Shown here one piece after another: positions 13,013 through 26,000 of a stretch of DNA of 64,000 bases. The notes under the pieces are model-generated. The model was not told the origin of the DNA, ran no database searches, and saw only the letters and a program-made list of their open reading frames with translations. A program made the position numbers and the translations under genes. Location of the stretch: the NCBI RefSeq assembly GCF_003704095.1, contig NW_020844031.1, forward strand, positions 248,001-312,000. The letters run 5' to 3'. Position 1 is the first letter of the stretch. Every line of letters begins with the position of its first letter. The stretch comes from Pocillopora damicornis (taxonomy: Eukaryota).

Positions 13013-14532
13013 CTGAAAATGAAAAAGGTTGTATTCTATCTAAGAAGAAGACGAAAAAGATTCTCCTCAATTGGCAAATTAATAAAGGGGGTAAGAGCGA
13101 TTGGCTAACGCTCAAAACTTCAGTTTTTAAACTCTTTAGAGTGGCCAATTTACATTATCAACTCAGTTGATGATACTAAATAACCTTCTTCTACTGTGGA
13201 AAAACGGCCGGGTGTTACGATCCAAGGGTTTTTACCATCTTAAATAAACGAAATATAACATATCCAATGGGAACTTGGTTATTGAAGTAGTGTGGAGTTA
13301 ACGCGTGAAACGCGAAAATTTCTGTTACATAATTCGCTTTTCTTGGAGTCACTATGATATAACAGTTCAAAAATGATATCGTTCATTCTTTGGTCCTGCC
13401 TCAGGTCAAAAACCAAGCGTACTCACGCGCGAGACATCCTCCATAGTAGGACCTGTCGTTTTTTCGTCGTAATAACATAGTGGAAGCTAGGACTGTAGGA
13501 GATCTGTAACATGTGCAGTTAGAATTGCATTAATCCTTTTTCAACATGCAAACTCAGGAGTTCTTACATTTGACGCTGTTGTCAGTCATGTCACTGACTT
13601 TCCAGGAAGTCAGGTGCTTTTGATGCACTTTGTTTGGCTTTTAGATGTCTGCCATCGTATGATCGGAGCGTGGTATTAAACAGCGCGAAACAACATAATC
13701 TCGCACAAAAGGAAAAAGACAGAAACAGCACAAACAAAACAAAAAGTTTATAACAAATACTGTTCATCCAAAATTTCTTAAACTAAGGTTTATAATTTCA
13801 ATTGGTTTTTTTTCTTTCTTTCAAAAGCAAAGCTCGTATCCCTGTAACACCAGCAAGCACAATATTTGTCATTAAGTTTTGGATGATTGACAAAATAAAC
13901 CATACGTCAATCAATGAGTTGCTTTTGATTAAGTTCCTTGAGGCTGCTGTCTAAGAGGAAGCAACTGAAATATCTTGTTTTATTTCTTCGGGTCATACTG
14001 CAGCACGTAGATCATAAGTTATGACCACTGGTTGGTTTTAGACGGATCGAGTTAGAACAGGAATTCTAATCCAGCCCTATTTAAAAGCGAGTCTTAAACA
14101 GAAGAAAACTATTTTCCCTTATTAAATAGCACAGGAAATTTGTCAACGGTACTTAGCTCAAACCTTATTAAATTTCTTGAGAAAGACGAATTTGCAAACC
14201 CACGCATTGTGGATTATGAAAAAGGCCGATGCCATTTATGGGGTTGAAAAATACAGTGGATTGCGAATCGACTGAAAATCACCGTCTAATTTTTTTAATT
14301 GGTCAATTTAGTGGTTCAGATCGTGTGTACCTTTGTAGATATTCGGACTGTCTTGCTCACTTTGTTGGCCTTTCTTAGACTTCGCTACTTTTTAGTTTGG
14401 CATTTGTAAAAAGTTAGAACCACTGAACAAAAACAAAATGAAAATTTCCTTATATCTTTCGTCGCTCTTTAAACTTTGAAGGAAGTTATGACGAGCCGAG
14501 AGTTGGGATTCAGTTATTTTCTTTAATCCGCA

Positions 14533-16200
14533 GGAACCCCATCCGTTATTTACTGGTTAACTTAGCTGTAGCAGACTTCATGTACGCTGCATTAATTGCT
14601 CCGAGCTCCCACTCTGACGGATTTATTGGCTCAGGTTTATACCAAGTTCTTACCGACTGCAATGTTGCATGGATGGGAGCCATATCCTCGATTGTAACTT
14701 TGGTTATTATCTCCATTGAGAGGCATTATGCAACTCTTTCTTCATTTGATAACAAAGGGAAATTTAGCGAGCGTAAACTGAAGGTATAATCTCAGTAATC
14801 ATCATTTCAATTGATCAAGAGGTTGTGGATCAATGTCAGTATCGGATCTACTGCCCACCTACCCCTCTCCTAACTCAACATTAACCCTAACTTGTAACCC
14901 AGTTGACTTTTGTTGGATTAAAGGAGGGGCAGGTGCGCAGCTGCGCTATGTTCGTATCCAGATCTCGCGTGGTCTCAAACCTTATGGAGCCTCCTTCATT
15001 TCGCGATTTTTAACAGTCACCAAAAAACGCGAAATTGAATACTAAGAAGGTAGCGTCGTTAGTTGATTTTTACTGGCCTTCTCGGATCACAGAAAATCCA
15101 GAAATATTTTGGAAAACAGCCAAGACAGTCAAGTCACAATTTTTTAATCTCCCTTGTGCAGCTCATGATTACAAGTATTTGGAACTTCTCACTGATTCTC
15201 ATTTTACTTCTGCTCCTTGTTTGAGCTTCATTGAAGGGAAAACCTCATGCGTTGACATCTGGCTGGAACAATGAATGCCCGAATATTAACTATTGGCGTG
15301 GGTGGCACTGGTCCTCATTACGTTGTCAGTTATGGTTGGGTTATACTCCAGAGTCACCTATACATTATGGCTGAAACGCGACACAGATTACCGACTCACC
15401 TTCCAACAAAAGGAAGAGCTGCATGTTCGTGTCGAAGTTTGGCAAGAAATTTCTTTCCCACATCTCATAAGTAAGTTCTGTTGCGTCATTTTGTGTAATG
15501 CGATGTCATTGATGAGAAGGGGAGTAAATGACAAAATGTTTACACTTGACTGTAAAAATGGTGAGTTTGTGGTGTTCAGATGAACGAATAAAATAAATGT
15601 ATAAATGACTAAAGGTAGCTGTTACTCCGGATGCTTCCATGCGGTGATTACCTTAACAAGAAAGCCTGAATGAGGATTACCAGTAAGGCTCTTACCTTTT
15701 TTTATCTCGACTTTACTCCATTCTGATATCATGTTTCTATTGACTCGATATGAGCAGATAAATAGACAAATAATTCAATTTTCTTGTTTGGTCTGTTTAC
15801 TCTGCAATAAGAAACGGTTACGCGTTTTCCTTAGCGAGAACGGACTGATTGAGCTCTTTCCCGATTTATTTCTTAAACAAAAGTTTACGATCTTGCCCTC
15901 CATTCTCGCTCCACAGGGTGTCATTAAGGGGCGAAAACGAATTACCTTGATGGTCGTGGCTGTAAGTGTAACATTTGCAATATGCTGGGGCACGAATCAA
16001 ATTGACTACGCTATGATGTACGTAGCATCCTGCGACATTGATAAAGTTCCCGTTGCCATTTGTAACATAATGGTCTTGTCTAATTTTGCCGTAAACGTGC
16101 TTGTATATCTCTCTCTTTAACCAACACTTCAGAGAGAATATGAATGCAACAACATGCTTCAGTAGCCTACCATCTAACAGGATTTACCCCGCTGATAATC
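14533..16200 (+). pseudogene. Class A (rhodopsin-like) GPCR pseudogene, about 3 exon relics (14533-14783, ~15130-15410, 15917-~16200)
   Basis: TM2 LLVNLAVADF, TM3 IISIERHYA, TM6 VTFAICWG, degenerate TM7 NFAVNVLVY. In-frame TGA/TAA near 15272-15290 and a frameshift at ~16115. Confidence 0.75.
14827..14960. mobile_element. Degenerate palindromic MITE in the GPCR intron, same family as 53256-53390
   Basis: ggatcaatgtcagtatc...ctgcccacctacccctctcctaac...ttaaaggaggggcaggtgcgcag. Confidence 0.6.
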
Positions 16201-16938
16201 CTGTACAGCTCGCTGACATCACCCTTTCGACACAGAGGTGAATCGTCTTTCGTGAAAGGAACAACTAATCATCCTCTGTTAATAAAGGAATGGTCGCTTT
16301 CCCTTATAATTGAATTTAACTTACAAAGCTTTAATGAGCATAGAAATATACGATAGCGTATGGCTTGGGTCACGTTAACAATGTCTAAATGATCCTAGAC
16401 TCTAGGATCGTATAGTGGCTCTAGCGCACTCGGAATCTAACTGAAACAATACTCTGTATCAGCTACAGGTACATTATCTTTGGTTGTTGATGTTTTTAAC
16501 CGTTTCCTGATTTTTTTTAAATTTTTTTTTATTCTATTATCACTTGTATCAAAGTAAACAAAAGGTCAAGTAAATCTGATGTCCATTATGTCAAGAAAAC
16601 ACAGAGAACTATGTTTCGCATGGTATTAACCTTCACGTTCTCATGCATGTGGAAACAAGGACAGAGAGCAAGAGGTATGGTTAAGGGTAAGAGAAGCGTT
16701 GGCTTAAGGATTAAAGCAGTATCATTTGAATCGAGACCGGGGTACATTTAGATCTATAGGTTTTTCCACTCGCCAAAACCGCAATCTTGTTCCCAGTTCC
16801 TCTCTGCCATTAATTTTTTCCAGCCTCGTTTTGATGAAGATTTTATCCCATGAATCTTGCAGTTCCTCGCGATTTAGAGAATTGTCGTCCATGCTTGTTT
16901 AGCGTTAGTAGAGAAAGTGGTTAAGTTTTCAGACAAAT

Positions 16939-17047
16939 ATGGCAGCAGTAGACGGCGCTGGGTTCAATTTGGATGAGGATGTTGGTGCTAAAATAAGTGG
17001 ATTTCGCAAGGAATACGACAATGACCGCGATGGCCGAGAAGATTACG
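16939..17047 (+). CDS. U2AF2: U2AF2 (U2AF65) exon 1
   Basis: MAAVDGAGFNLDEDVGAKISGFRKEYDNDRDGREDY|gtaagg (phase 1). The following intron (17085-17992) is the reverse complement of 37236-38176, which leads into the RS-domain exon 2 of the inverted U2AF2 copy. Confidence 0.75.
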
Positions 17048-17992
17048 GTAAGGGACCATTTTTTAACAAATGCAGCGAAGATCGAACTGAGAAATCCATA
17101 CAGACCTTACAGTTTGATTTGTTGTCTCGATCACCTTCCTACAAATTTTTGGTAAAATTTTTGTTAAGTTCGGCGTGTTAAAATGGTTAACGTGAAGTAG
17201 ATCTGATTGAATAGTTTTACCGAAAATCCATAGAAGACTGAATAACATAACAAGTCCTAGAGGTGAACGATCGTTTAACGTTGCTATATATATTTATTTT
17301 AATGATGCAGTTATAAGCGTTTTGTGTATGAGCTCGCTTTCATGTAGTTTTAAGTCATGTTAAAATTGAACTTTGAGATCATCTGATAACTCCTCTTTAC
17401 TCTTGTATTTGTTTTATATTTCGATTTTCCTAGTATAAGTTGAAACTGTCAAATTATTTAATTGTGTTTCTTCGTTTACACTGATGAGATGATGAGTAGA
17501 TGATTTCAGGACCACTTTTAACACACAGAGGAGTTATACATTTGTAGATGAGTCAGAATTTGAAGAATTATATTTATTTCTTATACATTCAGAATTCCAG
17601 CCACAGGTATTTTAATGATGCATGCATCAAGGATTTAGGAATCATACATACATTTACATACGTATATAACCGTACACGTTCGGAAGGAGAACAAATAATT
17701 GATGTGGTATACTCGTGTGCTACACTCTTTACAATGCCTCAGTGAGGAATTTTATATCATAGCTAAGCAATGGTAACCAAGAAGAGTAATGAAAAGCATG
17801 ATGAAATAGTGAAGTAGAAGTTTTGTATTTTAGTGGCAATTTGTGTCTTGTGTTCCTGTATCCATCTTTATGTTGTTGTCTATACTTGTTGTGCAATTTT
17901 CAGCATGTAAACATAACATTGATGGAAGTGGAACTGATAAGTGCCACCTACTCAGTATCAAAGTATGGTTAATCAAATCTTTTTGACAACCC

Positions 17993-18092
17993 NNNNNNNN
18001 NNNNNNNNNNNNNNNNNNNNNNNNNNNNNNNNNNNNNNNNNNNNNNNNNNNNNNNNNNNNNNNNNNNNNNNNNNNNNNNNNNNNNNNNNNNN
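17993..18092. other. Scaffold gap (100 N)
   Basis: Run of exactly 100 N. Confidence 1.
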
Positions 18093-18270
18093 TCTCTTCA
18101 CCCAGGTGTACAAATGGGTACCAGCAAATATGCTGGGGGTAACCCTTCGATGGACTGGCATCCCATCCAAGGGGGAGTAGCAATACTCCTAGCTGCTTCC
18201 TGCTAAGGAAACCGGCATTAAGTGCTGGCGCCATAGGCCCCTTAGGCCTGTATAGAGGCTTACTTTTTTT
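18093..18270 (+). mobile_element. 3' part of a tRNA-derived SINE
   Basis: Core ctcttcacccaggtgtacaaatgggtacc...gatggactggcatcccatcca...gaaaccgg with a T-rich tail. A diverged relative lies at ~58050-58210. Confidence 0.6.
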
Positions 18271-19099
18271 TATAGGACAGTTACAATCAGAATACCAAAA
18301 GCTACATATTAGGTATGTTTTGTACGCAGCTACTATCAATGGTAGTTGATTTGTTCAGCTTCACATCTGATATGAAGATAATGGTAGGATAATCTGTGAT
18401 GGTTGAACTCTGCTCCTCTCCTTGGTGTTGGGAAAACTTGTGCATAAAAACCTAGAGGCATTTCTTCCAAGTTCACGTAGAGCTTACTCTCTGATTTGGT
18501 GTCTTACAAAATAAAGAAATGCTGTTTTTTCTAAGTTGTTTTGCTCTCCTTAACTTTTTTATAGAGTTCAGGCAAGTGTTGCAAGCACACTGATCTTCTT
18601 GAATAAACTTCCTTCTAAACTGAACCCTATAATAAGGCCCATCATGGACTCTTTCAAGAAAGAAGAGCAAACCATCATGCAGNNNNNNNNNNACTTTCCC
18701 TTAATATGTTTACTTAATATGGGTAAAAGTTAGTGCTATAAGTCATGGATCCCCCTGACGATTGTACACTCTGGAACTTAAAGATGTGCATGATATACTG
18801 TAGCAAACTCACTGCATTGTGCAATATGATATTCAGNNNNNNNNNNCAAACCACCATGGATACAAGTTGTTTTCACTTGTAGTTGTCCTATTTTATTTTT
18901 TTTGCCTTTCTTTTGCCCATCTTTATTTAACGAAACAGATGAAAAATAACAAGCACTAACTCTATTTGTGATCAATGGAAAATCAGCAAAGGCCATTTTT
19001 GTTAAATATAAATCTATAAAAAAAAATTTGAATACCAATCTTGGTAACAATACAAAATATTTATAAGTTGCAGTCACTTTTATATCAATTTCTTAATTT

Positions 19100-22000
19100 T
19101 TCTACATTATTCTGTCAATTGTAAACTCGATCAGCAAAAGCGTTAGCCAAACTGTTGGAACTATGTATGACAAGAGAACCATGTCCAAACGCCAGGATCA
19201 TTAAAAATCTGTGCAGTTTTGTTTACAGTGATCCTTCAGTCACTCCAGCAGTAAATATCTGTTTAACAGTAGCTTCTGATGAACCTCCTTTGTCACCAAT
19301 ACCTGAGGGACAGTCAGAATCAAATTGTAACTCAGTCTCTTTTGGAGGAACAAATGCATCTATGGAACGAGGGAACAATGTATAATGCAATAAGTATAGT
19401 GGGATTCTGTCTCTTGTTCAGCAGCAGATGATGCTTTGGGTTACAAATCATATAATTGCTGCACTTAAGTCTGTACATTTATTTTCTTGTCTTTGTTAGT
19501 AACTCTTGGAAGAGCTTACTATGTGTTTGAGTTTGAAGTAGTGTTGCATGTAGTCTTAGAATTATGAAATAATGATGTACACCTACTGCTTAGCCTGTGT
19601 TTGTGCAGTGCTTTCCTGGTTTCTTGAACTGGGCTCTTTATTCTAGTACCACAGCTCCCAGAGTGGATTGAGTTTTTTCTCCTTAAGAAGAATTTTTTTG
19701 CTTGTGTCACAATTTGTGACAATTTTTATTACTTAGGGTTACTTACTCCTGTGGCTGAGTGGCTTTTTGAACTGTTTCTTTTTTCTTTTGAATTTTTAAC
19801 ACAATGCAAATGCTTCAGCTTCTAAAAAAGCAAGTGGCAATGCGGGTTGTAACGAGCTTCAACCACCTGCTGTGGATGGGGTGTCTGTGGCCTCTCTTGA
19901 TGCTCATGGATGATTCTGAGGTGAGGCCTTCCTTAGATAGAAAATCTCCATCTTTTTTATGTAGATGGCATAAGTTTTAAGTATTCAACAAAGAGGTGCA
20001 GAATTTTCTCTGGTCAAATTAGCAAATAATTTTGGTGGCTTGCTACCCTCAAAGTTACCCAAACTGTGGGAGACAGTTGTGGGGCCTCTACAACAGATAA
20101 GAAATGGAAATTCATTTGGTAAGTACTACACATGGCTCCTTGAATTGGATTAAGGGGATTTTATAAGGATGTTTAAAACCAATTGATTAGAAAAAGTTAG
20201 CTTGGCACCATTGATTTTTTTTGCTTGATTTGAGTGTTATTAGAATACTTTTGAAATTTGTTATTGGTGTAGTTTGGAGTGTATCTTGTACAGATTATTC
20301 CTTGAGATGCGCGGACAAATATTTTTTATTCGCAAGTTGTGATGCATCAAGGTTATACATGCCGAGATATTTTTCTTATTGACCATCGAAGATCGGAGGA
20401 AAGCAACTGTGACATGGTTCATCCAGTCAGACACAAACAATAGTACTTCAGTGTAAATCTCAGTGTTTGAAATTTAAGTCCATACCAACCTCTATTGTGT
20501 GAATGATTGTCACACACCCAGTATTGACTCCACTGTACTTTTTTAGTCAAATGAATAGATTGTAAGCCTGCTGACTGATATAAAAGATGACGTTCTACAG
20601 TCAGTGATTTAATAATTTTTGGCCAGAGGAAATTCTTCATGCCACTCATGGAAGTCCAACTTACATATTTGACTATCGAAAAGATATAGCTAATGTGCCA
20701 CGAGAGAGAGAGTAAATAGTGCAATGTAAAATTCCTAAACATTAAAGATTAGGACATATTAACCTCAATTCTTAACTATCTCTGTCCATGTTCTAATATT
20801 TTCTTATTGTCCAGATAAACTTATTGGTCTAGATAATGAAGCCTAAAATCTGTTGAACTGCTTACAAATTCTTTAAGTATTGACACCTGCAATGCATGTG
20901 GAACTCTCATCTTAGGTAACATTGATCATTGCTGGCAAGTTTCCTCATTTTGGTTTTCTCAGTGAGCTTGCTAACTCGGCAGCCAGGTGCCTGGGTGTCC
21001 TGTGCACTGTGTCCTTCTCTTCATTGGCAGTTTACAGATGTGGTATGAATGATTCAGTTGAAAAGGCTCGGGTCAGAGGATTTTTCGTTGAAATTTACCT
21101 GGTGCCCCCCTAAGGCTCTGTAGTATTCTTATTACCCCCTCCCCCTTCCTTCATCGTTAATTTTCCATAGTCTCCCCTTTGGACTCTGTTAGCGACGACA
21201 GATCCCCCCTCGGTTCCCCCTGAAAACCGTGCGATCCCTCCCAAAATCCTTCCCCTCCCCCCGACGATAAATAGTGACTGGTTCATTGCTTCTCGCCATT
21301 TTCAAGGAGAGTAAAGCTTATTTTTGCTGTGTTTTCACTATCCACAAATGTTGGTATCCTTCACTGGTTGCTTTACATCAGGTGTAATTGATCGGCTCGG
21401 AATGGGTACGTCTTTCACTTTGATAATAACTGAGCGCATTACCATGCTACATTGAAAGCAGCTTGCTATTTTGCTCCTTGTCTTTTACTTTGTTGGAATA
21501 TACCCTTCCTATCTAAGCAAGAGGTTTGACAGAAACGTCATCGTTTAAAACAATGGTTTGATGATCTGTGCACCTCAATTTTGTTGTAATGTTCTTGGAC
21601 GACACCTCTCATTGCAACGGATGAAAAAGAACAAAGAGGACGTATGTCTTGCAGCTTGAAATTTGTATGTGATTCATTCTGGAGTGTTCGTAATTTTATT
21701 TCGACAGAGCAAGGGTAGAAAAACATGCAGTCCTTAATTGGAACCCTATAACTATTTCATTGGTTCCTTAACTCTATATTGTTTTCTTTAGTCTGGTATT
21801 CCTGACCCGCCCGGCATGTCCAAAGCTACGGTGGAGCAAAAACAGAAGGAAAGAAAATTTCTTGAGCAACTTTTGGACAGTAAAAAGGTGGAGAATTACA
21901 CCATTCCTGTTCCTATCAAAGCTGAGCTGAGAAAATATCAACAAGTCGAGTGCTAGAAGAAAACAACGGAAAGAAAGCCTTTATTCATGTTGGAATTATA

Positions 22001-22390
22001 AACTAGTGGTCTCTGTTTGAAATGATGTACTGAACGGTGTGCGACGAGGATAGCTTGTCTCCCATGGAAGGTAGCACACAGTCTGCCGAAAGCTCACTAT
22101 CATTTAAAGATTTGTAGAGTGAGGGAACAGTTGACATAAAGTGCAATTTAAACTGCAGTATTTAGAAACCGTTACTATTTGATTTCATTAGAGCCAGACA
22201 AGTTTCCCAAAACTCAGTGTTGTTGGGCATCTTGTTGGGAATGCTCACATGTTTTTTTCCAGTGTGAAGAATAATGGGCATTGCCAGTGTCATCTGTTTA
22301 GGTTTCTTCTGCTTTGTTCACATTTAGGATGGTGTCAACTGGCTGGCATTTCTCAACCGTTACAAGCGGCATGGTATTCTATGCGATGAT
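19100..22390 (+). pseudogene. BTAF1: BTAF1/Mot1 (TBP-associated SNF2 ATPase) internal genomic fragment, intron-containing and degenerate
   Basis: KLLELCMTREPCPNARIIKNLCSF; IQQRGAEFSLVKLANNFGGLLPSKLPKLWETVVGPL (19966-20118); SGIPDPPGMSKATVEQKQKERKFLEQLLDSKKVENYTIPVPIKAELRKYQQ (21792-21944); DGVNWLAFLNRYKRHGILCDD (22328-22390). Homology stops just before MGLGKT, and in-frame stops are present. Confidence 0.85.
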
Positions 22391-23050
22391 ATCCTTCATT
22401 ACTTTTCCTTTTAAAACTTCGGCCCAAATTATTTGTGTACATAAATCGTCATTCTCAAAATTAATGGAATCGGAATAGCTCCGTCTGTTTTCTGGATTCG
22501 ATTTGTACCCTAACACTGATATCAGTAATAGGACCTAGTAAAACTCTTCAGTCTATTTGTATCATAGCAGGTTTTCACCATGCAAAAGCTACAGTAAACA
22601 AGGTACAGTATTCGACTCTCAGACGAAGAATCCAGTCTGGATAAAGATTGAAGTTGTCTTTTCCTTCTGGTTTCCTCTTTAACGATAAATTTCACTCGCC
22701 TCACGGGCTCGTGCAATTTTTTAGCCTTTGAGCAGTTCATCCGTGCTACTTTATCCCAAATTGTACTCGAAATCTTGTGATCTTTCTGTGAAAATCTATA
22801 ATTTATGCAATTATTTAGTGATAAATGTATGTTAAGAACATAAAAAAAATAATGCTTTTACAGCGTTTAAGCGTTCACTATTGACATTGTCTATGTCTAC
22901 CCTGTGTCTTTGAGCTTTCGAATATATTTTACAAAACTAGAATTATTACTCAATGTCTTCTTAACCATAAAAAAGGCAGATATGACAGTTTTTTCCAAAA
23001 TATACATTTGACGGTTCTCATCGGCGTCTGTGACGTGATTTTCACTTAGA

Positions 23051-26000
23051 TTAATAGAGGACTTCACATGTTGGTGTCTTTAATGCTTGACGTAGACTGG
23101 CAACACCGACAGCGGTGATCTGATTATTTTGCAGATCAAGTGTGGTGACTTTACATGTTGGTTTATTTAATACATTACATAGACTGGCAACACCAGCATC
23201 GGTGATCTGATTAAAATTCAGATAAATTGCGGTGACTTTACACGTTGGTGTCTGTAATGCTTCACAAAGACTGGCAACACCAGCATCGGTGATCTTATTA
23301 TATTCCAGATAAAGTTCGGTGACTTTACATGTTGGTTTCTTTAATGCATTACATAGACTGGCAACACCGGTATCGGTGATCTGATTAGAATTCAGATAAA
23401 TTGCGGTGACTTTACACGTTGGTGTCTGTAATGCTTGAGAGAGAGTGGCAACACCGGCATCGGTGATCTGATTTTTTTCCAGACAAAATTCGGTGACTTT
23501 ACAGGTTGGTGTCTGTAATGCTTGACATAAACTGGTAACACCGGTATCGGTGATCTTAATATCACACAGACTGAATCCGGTGACTTCACATGTTCGTGTC
23601 TGTAATGCTCCACATAGACTGGCAACACCGTCATCGGTGATCTCATTTCCACTTAGAAAAAGTTTGGTGACTTTGCTTGTTTGTCTCTGTAATTCTTGAG
23701 ATAGACTGGCAACACCGGTATCGGTGATCCTATTATTATCCAGACTGAGTTCGGTGACGTTACATGTTGGTGTCTGTAATGCTTTACATAGACTGGTAAC
23801 ACCGGCATTAGTGATCAGATTCTCATTTAGATAAAGTTTGATGACTTTAGATGTTTCTGTTTGTAATGCTTCACTTAAACTGGCAACACCAGTATCAGTG
23901 ATCACATTATGATTTAGATAAAGTTCGCTGACTTTACATGCTGGTTTCTGTAATGCTTGAGACAAACTTGCAACACCGACATCAGTGATGTGATCATCTT
24001 CCAGCCTAAGTTCGGTGACTTTACATGATGATGTCTCTAATGCTTTACATAGCCTGGCAACACCGGCATCGGTGATAGGATTATCTCCCAGACTAAGTTT
24101 GGTGACTTTACATGTTGGTGTCTGTAATGCTTCTTGTAGCCTGGCAACACCGGCATCAGTGATCTGATTAGAATCCAGATGAAGTCTAGTGACTTTACAT
24201 GTTGATGTCTGTAATGCTTTACAAAGAAAGGCAACACCAGCATCAGCGATCTGATTAACACTTAAAAAAAGTTCGGTGATTTTACTTGTTGGTGTCTGTA
24301 ATGCTCGACAAAGACTAAAAACACCGGCATCAGTGATCTCATTGACATCTAGATAAAGTGTGCTGACTTTATTTGTTGGTTTCTGTAATGCTTGAGATAG
24401 ACTGGCAACATCGGCATCGGTGACCTTCCGATCTTTCAGAAGAAGTTTGGTGCGGCTACTCCGTTTAGATTCGTTCTCTGCTTTGAGTGCATCAAAATTA
24501 TTTGATGCAAAAGACACAGCAGCAGCGTCTAAGTAGGCAAATTATTATAGGTTAAATTATTTCATTTTTAATAATATGCATTGGCTGAGAACACGTCAGT
24601 TAATCCCAAACAGTGCACAAAGTTGAGATTGAGGACAAAAAGTTGAAATTTAGTATAGAAAGATGAAAATAATTTGATTGCCAGGAGAGTCACGACACGA
24701 AAAAAAAGACTGCCAGGGAGCCATGACACGAAAAAAGACTTTTAAAGAGGAAAACAGAGTCATATTTTTGTTAGTATATTATTAACAAGTAATCGCATGA
24801 TTTTCCTCGTGCGATTCGGTATAAATCAATATTTGTGAATTTTTCAAAAACTACAAATCGCACTCGCCCTACAGGCTCGTGTAATTTTTTCGTATTTCAA
24901 ATGTTTACTCGTGCTTTTTAATCCTAAATTGCACTCGAAATCATGTGATTACCGACTCTAACCGACCCATTTCGGGAGCGAATCCAGGAATTTGTGGTAC
25001 GAGAGGAACTAACTTTGACTCAGAAACACATATTTTTCGTTGTTGTTTATGCTGGAGATTAGGTAAGACCTAAGTACAGTTAGGGGAGAGAATGCGTCCT
25101 ATCGTCTGCAGTTCATTAAGAATTTTAGCTTTTCTGCGTCTTTTTCTTTTAACGAACCCGACCATGTAAATACTGTTAAGACTTACCGCAGTTTTTTGGT
25201 GCAAATAATCTTTGTAGGGAATCTATTTCAGTTATGAATTCTCTTTACTCCCCGCATGAGGGAAAAAAATGAAAATAAAAAACTAGCTTATCACCCAAAA
25301 AAAGCTTAGAAAAGACAATATCTGGTCTTTTTCCAATCTTGGGTCCAATAGGAAGGGGCAGTTCCAGTGGAAGATATTTCTCCGAGTTTGAGCTATTTTT
25401 AAAGGTAGGCATTTCATAATACTGAAATGAACTGACTGTTAAATTGCTTACTTCCCTCTTACGAGAGGCCCTTCCATCTTCCTCTTCAAGTTACTTTTCT
25501 CATGAAAGATCAAAAGGCCGTTGCACAGATTTTACCGTTAATACACAATACCTTTTTCTCCTGCTTTAAATTTCTTTGCAGGATTAACAATTGCTTCCTT
25601 TAATTCATCCAGGTCTTTACCAAACTGCTTTGTCATTTCATCCAATCTTTCTTTGACGCTGACTTCATCCATCACCCACTGTTTAAGAAGCTCTTTATAG
25701 TTTTCTTCGAGTTCAGGTTCCATGCTTTCCTTTTTCAGATTCTCAATAGCACTTTGGTAACCAGCTCCTCCCAGTCTCACCAATGCATCTTGGATGTCCT
25801 GCCAGTATTGATTGAAGGTTGTATTATCAACAGAGGCCGTTTTAGCATGACTATTAACTTGGTTTTTGTAGAACGCGATGCGCGCAATGTCTGCCTCAAG
25901 TGTTATGTCTTCTGCTGGAGGAAGTTTATTCCAGCCGGTGACTGGATCACGAAGGTCACAAATGTTCCTCAGCAAGACCGTTAACAGGGAGATGTCGAAA

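Noticed and set aside
23060-24451. Repeat/variable-spacer pattern resembling CRISPR or a DGR cassette
   Set aside because: Fully explained by an open LRR reading frame, and no reverse transcriptase or template repeat is visible.
24529-25551. Hidden NACHT exon in the HEPN-LRR intron
   Set aside because: No ORF of 60 aa or more in the track, no GxxGxGK(S/T) motif seen, and part of the intron is a MITE.
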